A DNA stretch of 64,000 bases from Chitinophagaceae bacterium (lineage in GTDB: Bacteria; Bacteroidota; Bacteroidia; Chitinophagales; Chitinophagaceae): the NCBI GenBank assembly GCA_032110905.1, contig JAULVS010000033.1, positions 214 through 64,213 on the forward strand, in the 5' to 3' direction. Shown piece after piece: positions 10,780 through 20,355 of the stretch. Numbering within the stretch: position 1 is the stretch's first letter; each line of letters opens with the position of its first letter. Under the pieces are notes generated by a model. The model ran no database searches, was not told the DNA's origin, and saw only the letters and a program-made list of their open reading frames with translations. Position numbers and translations under genes: made by a program.

Positions 10780-12630
10780 ATGCGCCCATTTTTTAAGCTT
10801 TTATTTTTTTGGTTTCTATCATTAAATACTTTTTCACAGACAACACCTGTGGCTTACCCCTCCAACTGGTGGACAGGCATGAAGAATAGCCGTTTGCAGA
10901 TTCTTGTTCACGGAAAGGATATCGGCTCTTCACAAAATGTAAACCTCAGCTACCAGGGCGTTCAGCTTGAAAAAGTTAATCGTTTCTCCAATAAAAATTA
11001 TCTGGCAATTGATCTTGTTATCGGCTCAGAAGCTACACCCGGCAAAATGCAGATTCAGTTTAAATCGGGCAAGAAGACAACCAAGCTTGATTATGAATTG
11101 AAGGCTCGTCGCACAGGCAACGGAGTGGTATTTGCGAACGGAGCTACTTCAGCAGATTTGATGTACCTGATTATGCCGGATCGTTTCAGTAATGGAGATC
11201 CATCCAATGACCGCGTGCCGGGAATGAAGGATCAGACTCTTCGCAGAGATACAGTATTTAATCGTCATGGAGGTGATTTAAAAGGTGTTCAGAATAAACT
11301 TAATTATCTGTCTGATCTTGGTGTAACAGCCATCTGGCTGAATCCTGTTTGGGAAAATGACATGCCAGAAAGAACAGAACATGGTTATGCTTTTACTAAT
11401 CACTACAAAGTAGATCCTCGTTTGGGTGGCAACGAGGCTTATCGTTTACTTACAGAAGCCTGCCATACAAAAGGCATTAAAATGATTCAGGACGCTGTTT
11501 ACAACCATGTAGGTCTCGATCATTTTCTGTTTCGCGATATGCCGGACAGCAGCTGGTTTCATCGCTGGCCGTCCTTTACACAAACAAGTTTCAAAGACCA
11601 GGTTCTCTTTGATCCCTATGCGTCGGCTAATGACAAGAAGATTATGAGTGATGGTTGGTTTGTAACGGCTATGCCCGACTGGGATCAGAGCAATCCATTT
11701 GTGGCTAATTTTCTTATACAGCATGCCATCTGGAGTGTGGAAGAGTTTGGCATTGATGGTTTCCGGATTGATACCTACGCCTATAATGATCTTGAATTTA
11801 TGAACCGTTGTAACCAGGCTTTATATAACGAGTATCCTAATATTAGCATCTTTGGAGAAACCTGGGTTCATGGTGTGATTAACCAGAGTTACTTCTGTGA
11901 GAACAAACTGGATATCTCATATAAGAGCAACCTGCAAGCCACTACCGATTTCCAAACCTTGTTTTATGGCATTCAGCCTGCTTGTAATGAAAAATTTGGA
12001 TGGACAGAAGGCGTCAACAAATTATATACGACATTGGCCCAGGATGTTGTTTATAAAAACCCGATGCGTCAGGTTATATTTCTTGATAACCACGACATCA
12101 ATCGTTTTTATTCAGTTGTGAATGAAGATACTGCCAAATATAAAATGGCACTTGCCTGGATGTTGACTTGTCGCGGTATTCCGCAGATGTATTATGGGAA
12201 TGAAATATTAATGACCGGTTTCACTTCACCCAATGATGGGTATGTAAGATGGGGTTTTCCGGGAGGATGGGAAGGAGATAAGGCGAATAAATTCACGAAA
12301 GAAGGAAGAACGGAAAAAGAAAATGCTGTTTTTGATTACATCCGCAATTTGGCGCAATTCAGAAAATCATCTTCTGCACTCACGAAAGGAAAATTCATGC
12401 AATACCTTCCTGTTGATGGAGTATATGTGTATTTTAGATATGATGAGAAGCAAACGGTGATGTGTGTGATGAATACAAATGCGAATGCTTCAACAGTAAA
12501 TCCTGCGCGCTTTGATGAAAGAATAAATGGGCATAAGACAGCGAAGAATGTTACAAACGGAGAGGTGCTTTCTTTGAAAGAATCATTTTCTGTACCGGCT
12601 TACACGACATTTGTTTTTGAGTTGAAATAG
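10780..12630 (+). CDS. secreted GH13 alpha-amylase/cyclomaltodextrinase (SusA/neopullulanase-like)
   Basis: Signal peptide from ATG 10780; PSNWWTGM N-domain; DAVYNH, GFRIDT, FLDNHD catalytic regions. Confidence 0.9.
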   Translation: MRPFFKLLFFWFLSLNTFSQTTPVAYPSNWWTGMKNSRLQILVHGKDIGSSQNVNLSYQGVQLEKVNRFSNKNYLAIDLVIGSEATPGKMQIQFKSGKKTTKLDYELKARRTGNGVVFANGATSADLMYLIMPDRFSNGDPSNDRVPGMKDQTLRRDTVFNRHGGDLKGVQNKLNYLSDLGVTAIWLNPVWENDMPERTEHGYAFTNHYKVDPRLGGNEAYRLLTEACHTKGIKMIQDAVYNHVGLDHFLFRDMPDSSWFHRWPSFTQTSFKDQVLFDPYASANDKKIMSDGWFVTAMPDWDQSNPFVANFLIQHAIWSVEEFGIDGFRIDTYAYNDLEFMNRCNQALYNEYPNISIFGETWVHGVINQSYFCENKLDISYKSNLQATTDFQTLFYGIQPACNEKFGWTEGVNKLYTTLAQDVVYKNPMRQVIFLDNHDINRFYSVVNEDTAKYKMALAWMLTCRGIPQMYYGNEILMTGFTSPNDGYVRWGFPGGWEGDKANKFTKEGRTEKENAVFDYIRNLAQFRKSSSALTKGKFMQYLPVDGVYVYFRYDEKQTVMCVMNTNANASTVNPARFDERINGHKTAKNVTNGEVLSLKESFSVPAYTTFVFELK

Positions 12631-12676
12631 TTGATGGTTGTTAAATGTTGGTTGTTGGTTTGATAGTTGGAAGTTT
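12630..12676 (+). repeat. 7-bp periodic GTT tract after stop codon
   Basis: GTT at 12630, 12637, 12651, 12658, 12666, 12673. Confidence 0.6.
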
Positions 12677-12697
12677 TAAACTTGTAAGTTTATCATT

Positions 12698-14677
12698 ATG
12701 TCTGCTTCAAAAAAAAAGTTTTCTTCCGGTCATAATGACTCACGATACGAAGATCATCACTTCATTGATACTTCAAAACCGGTTTGGAATTATTCACGTT
12801 TTGAAGGAGATGATATCACCAATTTTCAAAATGGGACCAATTACCGTTGTTATGAATTGTTTGGTTCTCACCCGATGGAGGTGAATGGGGCGAAGGGATA
12901 TTATTTTGCAGTATGGGCTCCCAATGCAAGCTATGTATCCGTTATTGGGAATTTCAATCACTGGAATACGAATGCACATCCTTTGTTTGTTCGTCTCGAT
13001 TCTTCAGGTATCTGGGAAGGTTTTATTCCTGGTGTTCACAAAGGAGAATCTTACAAATATCACATTCATGGCTTTGAAGGGATAAAACTTGATAAAGGAG
13101 ATCCCTATGCCTGGTTTTGGGAAAAGCGTCCAAAAACGGCCTCTATTACCTGGGAACAATCTTATCATTGGCACGATGCTCACTGGATGAAGAAAAGATC
13201 CCATCATAACGCATTGAATGCACCCTGGAGTGTGTATGAGGTTCATCTGGCTAGCTGGATGCGTCCCGACCCTAACAATGAGGAGGTTTATCATAATTAC
13301 GATTTTTTCAGCGATCGTTTGGTTTCTTATGTAAAAGAAATGGGTTTCACCCATGTGGAACTGATGCCTGTTATGGAGCATCCGTTTGATGGCAGCTGGG
13401 GTTATCAGGGAGCAGGGTATTATGCGCCTACTTCACGTTACGGAGATCCTCAGCAATTCAAAGCACTGATCGATGCTTTTCATAAAGAAGGCATTGGGGT
13501 GATTCTCGATTGGGTGCCTTCACATTTCCCTTATGATGCACACGGGCTGTTTATGTTTGATGGTACACATACCTATGAATATGCCGATATGCGCAAAGGG
13601 TATCATCCCGACTGGAACAGTTATGTGTTTAACTACAAAAGGGGAGAGGTTCGTTCTTTTTTGATCAGCAATGCACGGTTTTGGTTTGATCTATATCACA
13701 TTGACGGCATTCGTGTGGATGCTGTTTCTTCAATGTTGAAACTGAATTATTCTCGTCAACATGGCCAATGGGAGCCCAATGAATTTGGGGGAGACGGGAA
13801 CCTGGAAGCAATAGAGTTTATCAAGGATTTAAACGCAACTGTTTACCGCGATTTCCCTGATGTACAAACGATTGCGGAAGAAGCAACCGACTGGCCCGGC
13901 GTAAGCAGGCCTTTATACAAGGATGGCTTAGGTTTCGGTATGAAGTGGATGATGGGTTGGATGCATGATACACTAAAGTATTTTAAACAGGAAGCTGTTA
14001 ATAGAAAATTTCAACAGGATCAGTTTACGTTCAGTATGATGTATTTCTATGATGAAAATTTTATGCTTCCGCTAAGTCACGATGAAGTTGTTCATGGCAA
14101 AAGCCCGATGATTTATAAAATGCCCGGCGATGAATGGCAAAAATTTGCCAACCTGCGTCTGTTGTACACATATATGTTTACACATCCTGGAGGCAAGCTA
14201 TTGTTTATGGGAAATGAATTCGGATCTACCACTGAATGGAATTATAAAACTGAATTACCCTGGCAATTATTACAATACGCACCACATGCCGGAATGAAAA
14301 ACTGCGTGAAAGATCTATGTCACTTATTACGTAGTGAGCCCGCATTGTATCAGAAGCAGTTTGAAGTTGAAGGTTTTGAGTGGACTGATTTAAATCATCG
14401 TTCAGAATCAGTGATAGCTTACAGAAGAAAAGGGGAGAGGGAAGAAGATGATGTGATTGTTGTTCTCAATCTTACAGCTGTTGTTAGGACAGACTGGAAG
14501 TTAAATGTGCATAGGAAAAAACAATGGAAACAGATTTTTAGCAGCGATGATGAGGCTTATTGGGGAACTGGCAATCATTCAAATACAGTGACGAATATCA
14601 TTGAGATAAATTCGGATAATTGTATGTACGAGCTAACTTTGCATCTTCCTCCGTTAGCCGCTGTGGTATTAAGGTAA
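12698..14677 (+). CDS. glgB: 1,4-alpha-glucan branching enzyme
   Basis: FAVWAPNA, YEVHLASW, WGYQ, LDWVPSHF, GIRVDAVSSML, LSHDEVVHGK. Confidence 0.96.
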   Translation: MSASKKKFSSGHNDSRYEDHHFIDTSKPVWNYSRFEGDDITNFQNGTNYRCYELFGSHPMEVNGAKGYYFAVWAPNASYVSVIGNFNHWNTNAHPLFVRLDSSGIWEGFIPGVHKGESYKYHIHGFEGIKLDKGDPYAWFWEKRPKTASITWEQSYHWHDAHWMKKRSHHNALNAPWSVYEVHLASWMRPDPNNEEVYHNYDFFSDRLVSYVKEMGFTHVELMPVMEHPFDGSWGYQGAGYYAPTSRYGDPQQFKALIDAFHKEGIGVILDWVPSHFPYDAHGLFMFDGTHTYEYADMRKGYHPDWNSYVFNYKRGEVRSFLISNARFWFDLYHIDGIRVDAVSSMLKLNYSRQHGQWEPNEFGGDGNLEAIEFIKDLNATVYRDFPDVQTIAEEATDWPGVSRPLYKDGLGFGMKWMMGWMHDTLKYFKQEAVNRKFQQDQFTFSMMYFYDENFMLPLSHDEVVHGKSPMIYKMPGDEWQKFANLRLLYTYMFTHPGGKLLFMGNEFGSTTEWNYKTELPWQLLQYAPHAGMKNCVKDLCHLLRSEPALYQKQFEVEGFEWTDLNHRSESVIAYRRKGEREEDDVIVVLNLTAVVRTDWKLNVHRKKQWKQIFSSDDEAYWGTGNHSNTVTNIIEINSDNCMYELTLHLPPLAAVVLR

Positions 14678-14781
14678 ACCCTTATTTTTCGGAGATCTTT
14701 TCAAAAACTGTTGGAACCATGCAAAACCCGTATTACTTTTACATCGTCAAACTATTTGATAAATCCAAAACAGACCCTACA

Positions 14782-15810
14782 ATGAAAACCTTTTCAATGA
14801 TTGCCCTTGCGGTAATCCTCACATCACAAAGTTTTGCTCAGGCTGCCGACAGTTCTGAGATTTACCTCAAAAAAGCAAATGCCTATCGTTACGAGCGTCG
14901 CACGCAGCAGGCTTTAAACTTCTACGAGAAATCGCTTCAGTTTAATTCCTCAAATGTAAGCGCACTTAAAGCTATGGGAGAGTACGCACTCGAAATCCGC
15001 AACTATCGTCATGCAATCAATGCGTTTACCCGCCTGCATGTAGTTGATCCTTCAAACGATGTTGTCATGCAGCAGCTTGCAAATGTTTATTTCCAACTTG
15101 GTAAATATACTGAAGCCCTCAGCTTCACCAAAAAGTGGGAAGAAATGCACAATGATAAGCCGATGCACTTCGTTGCTGGGATGAGTCATTATTATATGGA
15201 AGATTTCGCCAACGCAATCAATCGGTTATTACACGCGAAAGAAACTGACAGTACAAATGCAGTTCTTTATTATACAATTGGCCGCAGCTATGTAGAACTG
15301 GATCGTTATGAAAAAGCAATTCCATTCTACCAAATGGCAGCCCTGCTTGACGCAAGCAATGCTCGCTATGCTTATGAAATGGCAATGGTTTACTATGCAG
15401 TGCCTGATGACAAAAACGCAATCGCATCTTTTGAATTAGCATCAAAAAGAGGTTGGATGCAGAATGCCGACTACTTCGAAAATCTTGCTCATTGTTATAT
15501 GAACACTGGCAATTTCAACAAGGCCACTGAATTGCTGCAAGTATCGCTCGAAAAACGTCCCTACAACGTAGCAGTTACATATACACTCGGTGAGTCTTAT
15601 TTCCGCAGTGCCAAATATGACCAGGCTATTGAATCATGGGACCAGGTTATGCAAATGGACGCTAAAAATGCTCGTGCTCTCTATATGATTGGCATCACTT
15701 ACCAGAAAATGGGTCAGAAAGACAAAGGTGCTGCTATCTGTGAGAAAGCCATTCAAATGGATCCTTCCCTTGGTGGCTTGAAGCAAAAGAAACTTGACCT
15801 CGGTATGTAA
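14782..15810 (+). CDS. secreted tetratricopeptide-repeat protein
   Basis: Signal peptide MKTFSMIALAVILTSQSFAQ from ATG 14782; multiple TPR-like helical repeats. Confidence 0.85.
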   Translation: MKTFSMIALAVILTSQSFAQAADSSEIYLKKANAYRYERRTQQALNFYEKSLQFNSSNVSALKAMGEYALEIRNYRHAINAFTRLHVVDPSNDVVMQQLANVYFQLGKYTEALSFTKKWEEMHNDKPMHFVAGMSHYYMEDFANAINRLLHAKETDSTNAVLYYTIGRSYVELDRYEKAIPFYQMAALLDASNARYAYEMAMVYYAVPDDKNAIASFELASKRGWMQNADYFENLAHCYMNTGNFNKATELLQVSLEKRPYNVAVTYTLGESYFRSAKYDQAIESWDQVMQMDAKNARALYMIGITYQKMGQKDKGAAICEKAIQMDPSLGGLKQKKLDLGM

Positions 15811-15831
15811 GGTTTGTTTCCTGTTGATTTC

Positions 15832-15864
15832 AAAGGGCGGCTTTCGTGCTGCCCTTTCTCTTTT
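15832..15864 (+). terminator. intrinsic terminator
   Basis: AAAGGGCGGC-tttcgt-GCTGCCCTTT followed by T-rich run. Confidence 0.75.
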
Positions 15865-15990
15865 ATATCATTCGCTGATTTCTCAACATTCTCAAAAAAA
15901 CCTATTATTATTTACACAGGTAATTGTAAGATGCCTAGTATAATCCTTTTTTTGTGTGCTTTTGTTTAATTTCTAAACCTTAATTTTTAA

Positions 15991-15998
15991 TACTTTTG
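15991..15998 (+). promoter_or_regulatory. -7 element TACTTTTG
   Basis: Exact TAnnTTTG 6 nt before ATG 16005. Confidence 0.6.
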
Positions 15999-16004
15999 TC
16001 CCAT

Positions 16005-16859
16005 ATGCAGGATCAGCATCCTCTTACTGTTAAAGTTGCAATTCTGGATTTATATAATGGACATGCCAACCAGGGTATGCGTTGTATTCGTCAGATATTA
16101 AATGAATTCCGTGATTTGAATGGTATTCATCTTGTATTTGAGGAGTTTGATGTTCGAGGGGAAGCTTCTGTTCCTGATTTGTCTTTTGATCTGTTCATTT
16201 CCACTGGTGGTCCGGGAAGTCCTTTTGAAGGTGAAGGTGCTGAATGGGAAGAAAAATACTTTGCCTGGTTAAATGAAGTACTTGCATGGAATGCCTCTGC
16301 CGAAAAAGAAACTAAAAAGCACGTCTTTTTTATCTGCCATTCTTTTCAGATGGCCTGTAGGTTTTTTGAAGTAGGTCATGTTTGCAAAAGAAAATCGACA
16401 GCGTTTGGTGTTTTTCCGGTCTTTCAGATCCCTTCTGCAGACAAAGAACCTGTATTTGATGGCCTTCATGATCCTTTTTTTGTAGTTGACAGCCGAGATT
16501 ACCAGGTAATACAACCTAATTTTAAAAGACTGAATCAACTCGGTGGCAGATTGCTATGTATTGAAAAAGACAGGCCGCATGTAGCTCTTGAAAGAGCAAT
16601 TATGGGTATTCGTTTCAACGATTATATGGTAGGCACTCAGTTTCATCCGGAGGCTGATGCTCTTGGTATGAGTATGTACCTGCAAACCGATGAGAAGAAA
16701 AAAACAGTTATTGAAAACCATGGATTCGAAAAGTGGAAAAATATGATCGAACACCTGGAAGATCCGGATAAAATTTTATGGACTTATAGCCGTATTCTTC
16801 CTAATTTTCTTCAACAGGCTATTTTTCAGCATTCATCCGCTGTAGTCGATTCGGAATAA
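16005..16859 (+). CDS. class I glutamine amidotransferase-like protein
   Basis: STGGPGSP, nucleophile elbow FICHSFQM, GTQFHPEAD (Cys-His-Glu triad). Confidence 0.85.
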   Translation: MQDQHPLTVKVAILDLYNGHANQGMRCIRQILNEFRDLNGIHLVFEEFDVRGEASVPDLSFDLFISTGGPGSPFEGEGAEWEEKYFAWLNEVLAWNASAEKETKKHVFFICHSFQMACRFFEVGHVCKRKSTAFGVFPVFQIPSADKEPVFDGLHDPFFVVDSRDYQVIQPNFKRLNQLGGRLLCIEKDRPHVALERAIMGIRFNDYMVGTQFHPEADALGMSMYLQTDEKKKTVIENHGFEKWKNMIEHLEDPDKILWTYSRILPNFLQQAIFQHSSAVVDSE

Positions 16860-16878
16860 TTTTCTATATTCATTCTGT

Positions 16879-18072
16879 ATGATTTCAACTATTCGGGACC
16901 GCTACAATTCAGCGTTTACAAAGGAGAAATACCTTGCTTTTCTTAAAGCACTCGATAACCTGCATCCCGGAACTTTGCAGTTCAGGGTAGCGGAAACACC
17001 TGTATTCATTGGGAAGGATTTCGGCCGTAAGATAATTGAGGCAGGAGAAAATATCATCGACGTCATTCTTCATCCCGACTTCATCAAAAAAACTGAACAT
17101 GCAATTCCTCCAGGAGAAAGAGTTCCTTCTGAAGGCATATTACCGCAAATGTTATGTTTGGATTTTGCAGTTTGCCTGGATAAAAACGGAGAACCGGAAC
17201 CGCAGCTGATTGAAATGCAGGGATTTCCGACGATGTATGCATTTCAGGCTTTCTTTCCCGATTTACTTAAAAAGTATTTTGAGATTCCCGAAAACTTCAG
17301 TCATTATTTTAACGGACTCACAACGGAAACCTACCTGCAGTTGTTCAAAGAGATTGTTTTGGGTAATTGCGAACCTGAAGAAGTGATTCTTCTGGAAATA
17401 AAACCGCGAGAGCAGAAAACACTCATCGATTTTTTACTTACAAAAGATGCATTGGGCATTGAGCCTGTCTGTATTTCTGAGCTTGTAGCTGAAGCGAATT
17501 TTCTTTATTATAAAAAAGATGGGAAACGAATCAGGATTAAGCGCATTTACAATCGTATAATTTTTGATGAACTTCATACACAACGCGCTTCCCTTGGTGA
17601 AATAGTAGATCTTACTCAGCCATTTGATGTAGAATGGATACCGCATCCCAACTGGTTCTATCGTATCAGTAAATATTCCTTACCGTTTATTAGTCATCCT
17701 TCTGTTCCTGAAACAGTTTTCCTGAGTGATGTAAAACAATTGCCCGACGATCTTAGCCAATATGTTTTAAAACCTTTGTTTTCATTTGCAGGACAAGGTG
17801 TGAAAATTGATCTTACTGAAGAAGATCTCAAATCGGTTGAACATCCGGAGCATTATATACTTCAGAAGAAAGTACATTATGCAGATATCATTGCAACGCC
17901 GGATGGATATGCTAAAACAGAAATTAGGATGATGTATTTATGGAAAGAAGGTGAAAGTCGTCCCACACTGGTTACCAACCTTTCAAGATTGAGTAAAGGC
18001 AAAATGATTGGCGTAAGGTACAACGCAGACAAAGAATGGGTTGGCGGTACGGTTGCATTTTTTGAACAATAA
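16879..18072 (+). CDS. circularly permuted ATP-grasp-like amidoligase
   Basis: LCLDFAV, PQLIEMQGFP in the N-half; YVLKPLFSFAGQGV, YILQKKV, EIRMM in the C-half (glutathionylspermidine-synthase-like permuted order). Confidence 0.65.
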   Translation: MISTIRDRYNSAFTKEKYLAFLKALDNLHPGTLQFRVAETPVFIGKDFGRKIIEAGENIIDVILHPDFIKKTEHAIPPGERVPSEGILPQMLCLDFAVCLDKNGEPEPQLIEMQGFPTMYAFQAFFPDLLKKYFEIPENFSHYFNGLTTETYLQLFKEIVLGNCEPEEVILLEIKPREQKTLIDFLLTKDALGIEPVCISELVAEANFLYYKKDGKRIRIKRIYNRIIFDELHTQRASLGEIVDLTQPFDVEWIPHPNWFYRISKYSLPFISHPSVPETVFLSDVKQLPDDLSQYVLKPLFSFAGQGVKIDLTEEDLKSVEHPEHYILQKKVHYADIIATPDGYAKTEIRMMYLWKEGESRPTLVTNLSRLSKGKMIGVRYNADKEWVGGTVAFFEQ

Positions 18073-19188
18073 TTATGACAATCCTTCCAGGAATTGGCTG
18101 CCGATATAATCCACAACCTGGGCCATATTTTTTTCCTGATTAAATACATGAATCTGACGATCAGCTCCCGTTCCTTTTGCCATTATTTCGGGTACTTTGT
18201 TAATGATATCACGCGATCCAAGTTCGTCAACAACATCATCAATGAAGTCGAGCAGTTCATACAACAAAGCTCTCGTATCAACTTCTTCTTCTTTTCCGAA
18301 ATCAATCAGTTTGCCATCCAGTCCGTAACGTCCAGCTCTCCATTTATTCTCATTAATTAGCGCGCGCTGGTATTGTATAAAATTCAGGTTATGTGTACGT
18401 AGTTTATAGAGCTTTGCGGTAATTGCCTGAAACAGTGCTGCAATAGCAATTGATTCTGTTGCAGTCATAGGAATATCACAGATCCGGTACTCAATTGTAT
18501 TAAAAAACGGATGCACCCGTAAATCCCACCATATTTTTTTTGCGTTATCAATGCAATTGGTTTTGATCAGCAGGTTCACATAGTTGTCGTATGCTTCAAT
18601 GCTGTCAAAGTATTCCGGAATGCCGGTACGTGGAAACTTGTCGAATACTTTTGTTCTAAAGGATTTATATCCGGTAACTCTTCCTTCCCAGAAGGGTGAG
18701 TTGGTGCTAAGTGCATAGATATGCGGCAGAAAATAACGGGCTGAGTTAGCAAGGTGAATTGCCATTTTACGGTCTTCCATGCCAACATGAACATGCAATC
18801 CGAAAATAAGGTTGCTGCGAGCTGCTTCCTGCAGTTCATTTACAAGTTGATTGTAGCGTACATGATCGGTAATCAGCTGATCCTGCCAGTGGCTGAAAGG
18901 ATGCGTGCCGCTTGCGCCAACAGCAAGGCCTATGCTTTCTGCAATACCACTGATTGTTTTTCTCAAATGGGAAACATCATCAAATGCTTCGTAAATATCT
19001 TTACAGATATCTGTTCCTACTTCAACAACTGCCTGGTGCATTTCAGCCTTTACTTTGTCTTTAATGACTTTCTGGCCTTCTGTTACGATCTTTTGTTCGT
19101 GGCTTTTCAGCTCACGTGTAGCAGGGTCGAATACCATGTATTCTTCCTCAACACCAAGAGAAAATTGTTTGTAGTTAATTTGTCCCAT
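18073..19188 (-). CDS. carboxylate-amine ligase (YbdK/GCS2 family)
   Basis: SLGVEEEY, EMHQAVVEVGT, FGLHVHVG, ALSTNSPFWEGR, WWDLRVHPFFNTIEYRICD. Confidence 0.92.
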   Translation of the reverse strand: MGQINYKQFSLGVEEEYMVFDPATRELKSHEQKIVTEGQKVIKDKVKAEMHQAVVEVGTDICKDIYEAFDDVSHLRKTISGIAESIGLAVGASGTHPFSHWQDQLITDHVRYNQLVNELQEAARSNLIFGLHVHVGMEDRKMAIHLANSARYFLPHIYALSTNSPFWEGRVTGYKSFRTKVFDKFPRTGIPEYFDSIEAYDNYVNLLIKTNCIDNAKKIWWDLRVHPFFNTIEYRICDIPMTATESIAIAALFQAITAKLYKLRTHNLNFIQYQRALINENKWRAGRYGLDGKLIDFGKEEEVDTRALLYELLDFIDDVVDELGSRDIINKVPEIMAKGTGADRQIHVFNQEKNMAQVVDYIGSQFLEGLS

Positions 19189-19205
19189 ATTGATGAAACA
19201 TTTGC

Positions 19206-20162
19206 TTAGGGGTATAATGTTTTTTGATCTGCGCTGCGTTTTACATATTCACCCCAGCTAAGGTTATCTAGTCCTTCTTTTTGCTCTCTTGCTCTTTCAA
19301 TAGCATAATTGGCCGCATTTTCAACCACCCATTTAAAATTTTCTTCACCAACACTTTGCAGATCAGCATCGGGAGCCGGATTGCAGAAATCAATTGCATA
19401 GGGCACACCATCACGAACAGCCAGCTCAACGGTATTGAAATCATAACCGAGGTATTGGTTGATGCGCAATACTATATCTTTCATTTGTGCAAGTCTTTCT
19501 TCGCTTGGTTTGAAATCAGCCACATATCTCAGGTGATGCGGATTGCGCGGTTCATAGCTCATAATCCTTACGTGTTTCCTGCCGATGCAATAACAACGAT
19601 AATATTCTTCAAATTTAATTTCTTCCTGGAGCAACATTACAAGCTGACCTGTTTCGGCGTGCTTCTCATAGAATTCCTCAATATTATTTAATTTATACAC
19701 GTTTTTCCAACCACCACCTGCAAATGGTTTCATATATGCCGGAAAACCAACATAATTGAAGATCCCTTCCCAGTCGAGCGGATAAGCGAGGTTAGAAAAC
19801 GATTCATCTGAAGTGTCATCAGGTCTAGTATTAGATGGCAGTATTACTGTTTTTGGAACCGGTACATTGATTCTTGTGGCGAGTGCATTATTAAAAAATT
19901 TCTCATCTGCACTCCACCAAAAAGGGTTGTTGATTACAGCTGTGCCAGCCAGGGCAGCATTTTTAAGATAAGCCCTGTAAAAAGGAACATCCTGTGAGAT
20001 GCGGTCAATGATCACTGCATATTCATTGGAATCACCTTGTATAACTTTGTTGATACTTACCGGTTCAGCAACCACATCTTTCAATTTCATGCCATTGATT
20101 CGTTCAACCAGTGCCAGAGGGAAAGAGCGTTCTTTACCGAAGAGAATTCCGATTTTTTTCAT
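19206..20162 (-). CDS. RimK/glutathione-synthetase-like ATP-grasp protein
   Basis: VINNPFWWSADEKF, VPKT, YMKPFAGGGWKNV, LLQEEI, DFNTVELA, IDFCNP. Confidence 0.8.
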   Translation of the reverse strand: MKKIGILFGKERSFPLALVERINGMKLKDVVAEPVSINKVIQGDSNEYAVIIDRISQDVPFYRAYLKNAALAGTAVINNPFWWSADEKFFNNALATRINVPVPKTVILPSNTRPDDTSDESFSNLAYPLDWEGIFNYVGFPAYMKPFAGGGWKNVYKLNNIEEFYEKHAETGQLVMLLQEEIKFEEYYRCYCIGRKHVRIMSYEPRNPHHLRYVADFKPSEERLAQMKDIVLRINQYLGYDFNTVELAVRDGVPYAIDFCNPAPDADLQSVGEENFKWVVENAANYAIERAREQKEGLDNLSWGEYVKRSADQKTLYP

Positions 20163-20355
20163 AGAGAATATTTTTTTTTAGTTGTTGGTTATTTAAATTA
20201 GGTTGATTTTGCCTGCCTCTTACCTATTGCAGGATTTTTAAATTTTGACTTTGAAATCTTAACATAAGTTCAGGAATGAAAATAAGGCAGATTTTTCAAT
20301 CATAGATCAATAATGAAAAAAAATCATATTATGTTATTCATTTATATTTGAATAT

